64,000 nt of DNA from Flaccisagitta enflata (Eukaryota), in NCBI GenBank assembly GCA_965153355.1, contig OZ231126.1, forward strand, positions 4,836,001 to 4,900,000, read 5' to 3'. The notes beneath the pieces are model-generated. The model did not search any database. It worked only from the letters and a program-made list of their open reading frames with translations, and was not told the origin of the DNA. This document shows, piece after piece, positions 40,786 through 64,000 of this stretch (positions within the stretch are counted from its first letter, which is position 1; each line of letters starts with the position of its first letter). The position numbers were made by a program, and so were the translations under genes.

Positions 40786-43520
40786 TATCGTATTTGTTCC
40801 AACTAAAATGGAAACGACGAACAACAGATTGAGAAAAAAGTTTTTGTTTGTTTTTGATGTTTGATGGATCCATGAAAGTGGTTCGCGTATGTGACTTCGA
40901 CAACCGAACTGTGACAACTTAGTTTTTGTTAAATCATTTCCATTTCTAATCGAAATAGCATCAATCATGAACAAGGCCGGATACACGGCCACCAGTTGCG
41001 GACGGGTGGGCAGGGGCGAAAATGCGCGTTTTCCCACTTTTCAACTCGAGCGTGACGGACCGACCGACGGACGGACGGACAGACAAAGCCTCTTATAGAG
41101 TTGCGTGTCCGCAACTAAAAATGAATGTCAATATGCAACAAACTTGCTTTTTGAAAAACTTTGTCATTTAAGTCCTAGGAATCCGGTCTTAAAATCGAAA
41201 TGAGCCACTGGTGTGCAATTATTGCCCATTAAAAGAAAAATATCGAGTTGGTTTGAATGATCAATTGATCATAAACACACTGCAAGGAAGTATACACCTC
41301 TTTTAGTCGCGGACACGCCTCTACACCTCGCTGTGTCAGTCTGTCTGTCAGTCTGTAACATATTTGAATTGCGGGAGGTTTTTACATTACTGCCCCTGCC
41401 CAACCTTTCGCAAATGTCTTGCCGTGTACCCGACCTTATTCTATCATATAGCCGTTTTCTACTCATGTTGTACAGGCAAAACCTCAGAACACTCGCTGCT
41501 TAGGTGAAGCTTAACCTTAGCAAGATCTTTTTCTGTAAATTTTTTATTTCTTTATTCAGTGCTAGAAAAGTCTGTCACATTTCAGGATGAAAAAAGAAAA
41601 AAAATCTTCACTAGAATTCTTTTGTATAGCCTATTTAAGCAAGTATTTTGACCAGCTAAAGCTAGGACTGAAAATGAACAAGTGTTAACACAACAATTTG
41701 AAAAGTAAGGTTGACAGTCTGAGATGTTGGGCAATTGCTTAATCTTTTATCCCCTATGCTTACCTATTCAACCAAAATATGTGGAAATGAACTTTAATGA
41801 AGATTTATTTCTTTTAGTTATGGAGAATTCATGTTATAGATCTTTTTAGGGGAAAAAAGCTCCATGCAATTTGCCAATCTTGAAACTTATCTATAAGTTG
41901 CACTCCTGAGTTAACGTGCTACTTGACGATGACTTCATTGTCTAAAAAGTAAGCCTCAAATGGCTGATTTATCAGTTTGGTACGAACAAAGGAAATTAAA
42001 CAAAACAGAATGCGTCAGTTTTAAATAAATCTATTCTACATTAAAAACATCTACAACTACGTGCACAGTCTCGTTTCGATCATCAAAGTACAATGCAACG
42101 CTCTGAGATTCACAATATACGTAAACAATTGAAGAAAAAAAAATAACTTATTTCAGTTCAAGAAATCAGAAATAGAGTAAACGGACTCATGGAATGGGAG
42201 AATGAGAGAAAGGACGTTGTTCCATAAAATTGGATTATTTGATATTCATAAATATATGATAACGTATTATGATATGGTTTTGAAAAAAAGGACTCTGTTT
42301 GGGAATTCAAGGCTGGAATAAGATGTAAGTCTTTAAAGAGTGATCTAGTCATGGGTGAGACAATAAGTAAAGAATTGAAAACATGAAACATGAAAGCACA
42401 GCGTTGAGGATCAGTATATTCCGGCAAGAAATAAGACAAATTATGATGTAAATCAGTAAATGATATGACAGGGAAATCAATTCAAAATGATTGTATGTAT
42501 ATTCACTCTGATTTTTTTTGGTGACTGGAAAAGCAACTTCTGGATTCTCATCAAGCTCACCATACAGACTTATCAGCCTTTTTGAAATTTTCTTGCAAAT
42601 CTCTTGCGCAATATTTTCTAAAAAATAAAAGCACAGGTGATATGTTTTCTATGGACAAAATGGAATGATAAAGATGGAAAATGAGACATTGTTTTGGGTA
42701 CAAGTTAATGAAAGAAATGGATCATGATAGAATTCCTGGTATCTCTCCAACTAAATGTCATTTAAAGTTGACATTTAGAATTCTAACCTTCAAAAGAAGA
42801 GATATTGGAACTTTTTCCCACTTATTTTTCCGAGAAACGTTCCCAGAGATGTCTCTTCATAATTATCAGGAGACGTCTCCTGAAATGACTCCTTTTGGTC
42901 TTTGTCACAAAATAATGACTTTATTAACAACTCCTTCACCCTGATCAGGATTAAGTAATAGAATCGCTTATGGGCATTGATGCCAAAAAAATGGAAGTCT
43001 TTTTTGGTTGTTTTTATGGATAAAAATTCATAAAAAATATTTTTTGCATCTTTTTATATGCTTTATTGGTAATTAGATGTTCATTTCAGGTCTTGATCTC
43101 AAAGTGAATCTTTAAATTGACCCAATTCTTATTATTGAATGTGAGGCTAAGTTTAGCATTTTTGCGCCATTTTCCTGGAAGTCTAAAAACTGCCTTTTTG
43201 AGCTCATTCATACTTATGTTTTTTCCCCTACATGAGTGTCCAATTTTAGAACTCAATCAAAGGTAGTACACAATGATTCCTTATTAATTATTTTCTTACA
43301 AAAAACAACAGTTTTAAGCCATAAATGATTCTATTACCTAAAACCATATGAATGTAGAAAGGGTGCCTTGCGGCTATAAAGATATCACCTGGAAAGTCTT
43401 TGAGTCTCAAAAAAAAATTTCTTAAATACAATAAATGTATCTCAAAATGTCTCTTTGCGTGCAATTGCGTGAGTTGTGTCTCAAAAGATATCTTCTCAAA
43501 CACCTCACGCTAGCGTCTCC

Positions 43521-56584
<13,064 letters not shown>

Positions 56585-56687
56585 CTGTTAGAAAGAAAGG
56601 GGAAGAGATACAAGCCAATGTACAATTGCTGAACATCATCACCACCTGTTAGAAAGAAAGGGGAAGAGATACAAGACTATGTACAAC

Positions 56688-57018
56688 CAGGGTGGCAGAA
56701 AATTCTATAGGTCCGAGGCACAAGTTTTAACAGCGCTATAAGTCCGACTTATAAAAATCAACTATTATTGTGCAAATATTGCATAAAACTACTAGCCTTC
56801 TGTATTTTTCTTTTCAATTCATAGAAACTAAGAGTTCCCACGTTAAAAGAATAAGTGATCAAACCCAAAACCGTAATAATCCTTCTGATTTTTCCATTCG
56901 CTTCCTATTTTTTTCTTCTTTTTCTCAATTTTTTCCATTATCAAATCTATAAGTCCGACTTTTGAGCTATAGTTCCGAGGCACAATGTGCCAAGTGTGCC
57001 CCTGTTTCTGCCACCCTG
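56688..57018. mobile_element. hAT-like MITE
   Basis: Perfect 14-bp TIR CAGGGTGGCAGAAA; 8-bp TSD TGTACAAC (56680-56687, 57019-57026). Confidence 0.9.
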
Positions 57019-57625
57019 TGTACAACTGCTGTACATCATCACCACCTGTTAGAAAGAAAGGCGAAGAGATACAAGCCAATGTACAATTGCTGTACATCAT
57101 CACCAACTGTTAGAAAGAAAGGGGAGAGATACAAAACTATGTACAACTGCTGAACATTGTCACCACCTATTAGAAAGAAAAGGGAAGAGATACCAGACTA
57201 TGTACCATTACTGTATATCGTCACCTCTTGTGGAATTGGCATATGAAGTCGAAGAAAGAAAAGATGAATGTGACTGCCAACTATGATTCGATAGTTATTA
57301 ACTTATTATCACCAACTACAAATGATGATATAGTGAGGATAAGTGTAAAGAAAGGACATTAACGCACAATTGTGTGTAACTGACTGGTAGCTGGGCATCG
57401 TGATATCTCTGATACCTCTCTAACAACGAGCAAATGCCAGTTGGGATGAAATGTGACTTTTTTCTTCTTTTTTTTTAATCTGTTCCCATGAAAATGATTT
57501 TGCTCTCGTCACCATAAATCATTTTCTCCTCTTAAAAACAAAAATATGGCCATCACAAAAGTATTCATTTCTTCATCCCATTCATTCATAATTTTTTATC
57601 CAATTGATACAAAATACCGATTATG

Positions 57626-57735
<110 letters not shown>

Positions 57736-57996
57736 AAAAAGTGAAAAATACACAAACACTTTTTAGAGATCCATAAACTTTCACTAGTTTTTTTTTCTCC
57801 TTCAATCTTTCTTTGTATTGTTCATTCATTTGAAGACAAAAAAATTCATACAAGGGTTTTTTTCTTCATTTTGTCACAAAAGGGTTTTTTTACTTCGATG
57901 CTATTCTTTTTTACTCTTTATACATTCTCTTGATTTCTTTCTTCCTTTTTACTTTTTTCTTTTTTTTTTTCCTTTTTTCCTTTCTCAATCTCTCTG

Positions 57997-58068
<72 letters not shown>

Positions 58069-58765
58069 TTCTCCAGGCCAGATCTCTTCTCTCCTAAGGG
58101 CACAAATTTGACGTTGTGAAAACCCTTTTTTTTTCTTTCATTTCTTTTGTCCATCAATGTTCCAACTCTTCTTTTTTTAACCCTCTTTTTTTATATCTTA
58201 AGACTTTAAAAAAAGGGTTTGGAGCAAAATTATGTAACAATTCCGCCCATTATAGTCTTATATTTATAATGTACAAAAATAAACTTTGAAACCCGATCTT
58301 GCCTTTGTTTTTTGCTTTATATCATTCATACATCCCAAACCTCATCAATAGAATCTGTTTTGAAAAGGGTCAATTTCTTTTTTTGTATAAATGATTCTTT
58401 TTATGAAATATAAAAAGAAAAAACAAAAGAGAATCAAAAATTTCTCAGGCTTGATAAATCTGGGATCGGGACAAGGCTTCGTAATTATGAAATGTTTTAA
58501 AAAAAGTTTTATCAAAAGTTTTTATGCACATCTTTTTTCAATTTTTATAACATCGTTTTTATTCCAACTCTCTGCAGATTTATTTAGGAACAGCAAATGA
58601 TATTTTCCCGCCTGTCTAAAATCACGATGTCACATTTTCCATGCACCACTTTTTGAATCTGCTTATGGGATCCATCGTATCTGTATGAATAACAAGGCCG
58701 GATACACGGCGATCCAGTACGTTTGTACATGTCTGTTTCTTTCTCTGTCTCTGTCTGTCTGTCTG

Positions 58766-58806
<41 letters not shown>

Positions 58807-59345
58807 TGTACTGACTGCGTAATCTTCCTTCTCTAGCTCTTCCTTCTCTAGCTCTATCTTCCTATTCTTAGCCATTGAGTCATTTAAGTCTTAATCTTGC
58901 TCGCGCGACCATCTCTTAAATGAAAGAATGAAAAAAAAACCTTTTCCCAAATTCTTTTTTTCGGGGAATCTTTTTGTCCTTGAATTGATACCCCAAAAAA
59001 TCTTTAGTCTCTTTTCATTCCTCTGACAACTCCCAAAAAGAGAAAACTATTTTAACAAAAGTCTTAAAGATGACAAACAATATGACAATGGCACTAAAAC
59101 TGCTCCGGATCAGACTCTGACAAACACATGCCCTCCCCCCCCCCTCCCCCGAAAAAAATATACCTCAAGGCTTAAGAAATAATAGACTGAAAAGGGAAGG
59201 TTATAAAAAAAAACGATTTTACTACTGACGGCCGTCCCCTCCCCTGGGGTGGGGCACGGCTTGAGTGTGAAACATTGAATGAAAAAAATGGAGAAAAAAA
59301 TGGAGAAAAAAAGCGTACAAAGAAATTTTCTCATGCAAGGAAAGA

Positions 59346-59468
<123 letters not shown>

Positions 59469-59546
59469 AAAACAGACAAACAGACAAATAGACAGACAGA
59501 GCGACAGAGACAAAGAGAGAGCAACAGAGACAGAGAGACAGATACA

Positions 59547-59925
59547 ACTCGACTCATAAAAAAGCCGCACTTTTAAATGGCAAATTGTCAAGCTGAATTT
59601 CAAAAAAACTAATCAAAATCTTAGATCATAAGAAAGTTTTTAAAAAGATCTTTCATTTAGCTCCAATCTGGAAATTCCAGCTTTATTCGTTTAGAAATGG
59701 CATAAGAATGAATAAAAACATTGTCATTTTCAGTTTGCAATCCTATGGAAAAATAAGCATTTTTACAAATTAGAAGATAACTCTGACAAGCTCTAGCTCC
59801 TAAACCGTTTGAGACAGGGAGTTGAAAATCTTTTAAATCACTTCAACAAGAAAATATTCAAATCATTTGTTTTTATTCTTCTTTAACTCAAAATAGGGTG
59901 CGGCTTTTTTTTTAGTCGAGTAGTA
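59547..59925. mobile_element. TIR element family (ACTCGACT-A-run-GCCGCAC ends)
   Basis: Inverted termini; similar internal sequence at ~3962-4392, ~6340-6645 (reverse) and ~31100-31500. Confidence 0.7.
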
Positions 59926-60508
59926 GATGAACATAGATAAAACTTAAAAGAGACGGACACTAAGAAAGACACAATAACTAAATGATACGCACAAAAAATA
60001 CTGACAATTATAAAGACAAAAAGATATACAAACATACAGAGACACAATCAGATAGATATACGGACAGATAGACCGATGGATAGACAAACTAACAATTCAT
60101 GAGAGACAAAAATTTAGGCAACAAAACCCACTGACATCGGCGATAATGTAAACACTGTTCAATGAATACATAATAGTCGATCAGAAAATGAATTTGCCAA
60201 TAGACTGATCCAACAGTTTACCCAACTAACCATTAGCAACAGAAAACGATAAGAACGGTGACAACATAGAAAGCGCGCGAAGTCGACCTCATTAAGAAAA
60301 GGAAAAGTGTATCCAAAACTATGACTCAGGCGATGGGTTCTCGAAAAGAAGGAGACACACACAGATAGACAGACCATGGGGAAGGTTTTGTAAGTTGCGT
60401 CTATTCATATTGTCATCATGGAGAAAGAAAAAAAATGTGAAAAGAAAAAAGAAAATGGAACAAAAACGGATGAAAACCCTCTTTTTTCACTCTCTCTTCT
60501 CTTTTCTT

Positions 60509-60548
<40 letters not shown>

Positions 60549-61314
60549 AATGAGGCAATGGTTAAATGCGCGACACTTATGGCCATGAGAAGGTTATCAC
60601 GACATGAGTCGTCCGTCTCACCCAAAAAAAAAGATCCCTAACTAAGAAAAGGCCAAAAATCTTTTTTTGGAAGTTTTTTTTCTTTTGAGGGCATGAATCT
60701 CTTCTGATTTTTTCCTTCAAATAGGGTTGAGTCTTTTTTTTTTTTTTTTGGTCCCTGGGGCATGAATTTTTAAGCCAAATTTTGGAGCCACGCGTAGTTA
60801 GATTTTGAAGGAGTGGATGATCTTTTGTTTTTGTGAAAACTCGGATACAAAGAACTAGAAATGAGCATTAGTACATTAGCAAAAATTACTATTAAAGTAA
60901 ACCATTCATTAGCTTGTATCTAATTTCCCATGGGGTGATTCTCACGCTTGTTAAGAGCATATATCCTTTCCCATGCATTTGCCATTAGTTTTTCAGATTC
61001 ATTTTTTTCCCCTTTTTCTTGTCATTATAATTTTTTTTGCCTTTTTTCCCCTTTTTCTTGTCATTATAATTTCTTTCTTCTCCTCCCGTTTTCTTTCTCT
61101 CTTTCTCTTTCTCTTTCTGGGTTTCTTTCTGTACGTGTTTTTTTCCTTTTTAATCAATTATTTTACATATTTCCTCTTTTTTTCACTACTTTTTTTTCTC
61201 TCCTTTCTCTTCCTTGGATCCCGCATCTGTTCTATTGAAATAGAAAAAATAATCATATAATACATATCCAGGTTACTAGGCAAGAAAAAAATCCAAATCA
61301 TGAGGGAGTTTCTC

Positions 61315-61366
<52 letters not shown>

Positions 61367-61776
61367 CCTCTGTCTCAATATATCTGATTTCTTGATTAAA
61401 GAAAAAATCTTTTCAGCAGACAATAGAAAACAGGGAAAAGGAGAAAAAAAAACTTGAAGTGAAAAAAAAATAATGTCGCATTTATCGAGAGAAAGAAGTG
61501 GTTAAGAATGGTTCAATAGAAAATGAAAAAAAAAAACTTCTTTGCGAAAAAAGAATAGTGAATTATCTACAACTCACGTTTGGTAACAATAAGATGAGGA
61601 TAGAAAATGTTACAAAATTTTGCGCTAAGAAATTTGACTGAATAGTTTTCATGGGAGTGGAAATATAAAAAGGGAAAAGAACCATTTTAAATGAAAAAAA
61701 AAAACTTTAAAAAAGGGTTAAATACTGCGGGGAGTGAATTTTGTATTCATGAAATGCGGGTGAGAAGAGGGTTAAA

Positions 61777-61891
<115 letters not shown>

Positions 61892-64000
61892 GACGAAAAA
61901 AAGTAGGAAATAAAGGGGATGAAAACAAAGGGTTAAAATTCACCCCGGGCCAAAGTTACGTTCATAAAAGTGTAAATATATATATATTTCATTCAAAAAC
62001 CAGAATAAGAAAATATTCCCTCATTTTTCAATCAACCTCAATAGGGGGAAAAGGAAGTATTTAGTCTCAATTTCCACTTATTTTCCACAGACTTTTTCAT
62101 TTCCCCCCCCCCCTCCTCGTGTTTTTTTCTCCACATTTTTTTTTTCATTTTCATTTTTGTAACCTAAAAAAATTAACCCGATGCGCCAAAATGACGTGGG
62201 AACTCAGGCTAGGAAATTTTCTTGAAATGAAAGGGGAGGAGAGGGGGAAAGGAGAGAGGAAAAGGGGGAGAGAGACAAGAAGACGGAAGAGGGGGGGGGG
62301 GTTGAGGAGGATAGTCACAAGAGGAGTGGAGAGGGGAAAGGAGAGGGATGAGGGGGAGAGGGACAGAGGAGGGGAAATGGGGAAGGGGGGAAAGTGGAAA
62401 GGAAAGGATGAGGAGGGATTGGAAAGGGGGGGAGGTAAAAAGAAAGGGAGATGGAGGAAAAAAGAGGATCAAGAAGGGGTAAATGGAAAGGTAGAAGAAA
62501 GATAGACGGACACGGAGGAAAGAAGGAAGAGGAGGCTAAGCAGGAGAAACCGAGGAAAGAAAGAGGTACAAGGTGAGCGCTGCGTGGGGAAGATGAGGTT
62601 AAGGGGAAGCAGGGTGAGGACGAAAGAAGAGAAGATGAAAGGGAAGGAGGAAATGAAGAAGGAAAGAAGAGGAGGGGGAAAAAGTGGTTGATATTGCTTC
62701 TTAAAAAGTGATTAGTCTCGTTACAAGCGGTGGGCCAATTGATCAAATGTTCTTTTAAAATCATTTCCGAAAAGGGGAAAAAATGAAGTAGAAAACCTCC
62801 AACGAAGAAAAACACTTAAAATTTCCCGAATTTCCTGGGGTGGAGGAAGAACAAAATGTCTCAATTTAGAGAAAAGATTCTGAAAGCATTTCATAAGAAT
62901 TATAATGATGGGTTTTTCTAGAATTATTTTTGCGTGCTTTGTTCGCAGGCTTTCACACGTTAACTCACTCGCTAATTGTTCCTTGAGCAACATTTGATTG
63001 TATGATCAAGCTGTTGAAAAAAAGCTATTTAACTTTGACGCTTAGTCCTGCACTGAAGGTTAACTACCATTAATTTTTTTGATTTTCTGAACGATGTAAA
63101 CAATGTGAGCAACTAGAAAAGAATTATGAAAAATCGTTGTTATTTATCTTAAAATGTGACAGTATCAATATCATATTATCAAATTCACAGTGATACGGTA
63201 TAGATTCTGAAAACGTTGATATTGATAAGACTTGATGACCTACCTTGTGATATGAAAGTGTCGTAGTATTGAAGCAGATTTGCGCGGCGAACAATTTCCT
63301 ATTGATTGCATCCCACTTTTAAAAACCATTTTTCAAAAAAATATTTTGTGATTTGTCCCTAATGCAAGACATAAAATTTTTTTGGTAAGTTTTTGGAAAA
63401 AGGGAAAAACAAGATTTTTGGATCAGCAAATCAAACAATTTCCTATTGATTGCACTCCTTTTGAAAACCTTTTTTTTTTTTCAAAAAAAATTTCAACAAA
63501 GGTTTTTGTATCTCTTAGGGTCTCCCTAAGAAGAAAATAATAATGTTTAGTTGAAGCCGACTTCATAGAGAAATCAAATTTGTCGAACAAGACCAAGAAC
63601 GCTCTAGATCGGTAGTATAGAGCCCAACAACAGTCAACACTTCAGGGGGCGAGTTTTTTTCAAAGCGAGATCCGCTTTCAGCCCTAGAAATTCCAAGTTG
63701 TAGACCGACGGACGGACGGACAGACCCTCTTATAGAGATGCGTTCCTGACGGACGCATCTAAAAAACTATCAACCGGTTACTAGTAACCCGGGGTTACAA
63801 AATCGTCGCGGATCGGTTGGCAATGAAGAACAACCTCCATTTCACTCAAAGGCTTCAACTTGAAAATGCAAGTCGACGAAACAACGAACCCTGTCGAACC
63901 CACGGGCCAACGAACGGTTTAAGCCTCTTATAGAATGGCTACAGTCCGCGATTTTGAATGAAGAATGACGGAATGTTTTGCTCGAGCTGAAGATGCTTTT

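Overview
Repeat-dense, AT-rich eukaryotic (invertebrate-like) genomic DNA; species not identifiable from sequence. Three protein genes are supported. (1) + strand, three exons (3052-3178, 7089-7325, 8714-11475), ~1041 aa: an XK-related (Xkr scramblase family) membrane protein with an unusual long C-terminal extension (extra TM helix, degenerate SRCR-like, C-type-lectin-like and Cys-rich modules, hexapeptide repeat). Its second intron is essentially one TIR DNA transposon: the element end supplies GT and the target-site duplication supplies AG (introner-like intron gain). (2) - strand, single ORF 25277-27763: NACHT NTPase with no visible LRR or death-fold domain. (3) - strand NAB (NGFI-A/EGR-binding corepressor), 13 phase-consistent exons at 43521-56584, first exon not found in the window; four of its exon edges are tandemly duplicated into the introns as decoy splice sites. 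The rest is a 5'-truncated R4/Dong-like RLE retrotransposon inside (CT)n, two abundant Helentron-like non-autonomous families (one carrying a 1.9-kb satellite), many MITEs and foldback elements, a rearranged mosaic of pseudo-exons (18.4-24.9 kb) and long microsatellites. Family assignments rest on motif recognition only, not database searches.
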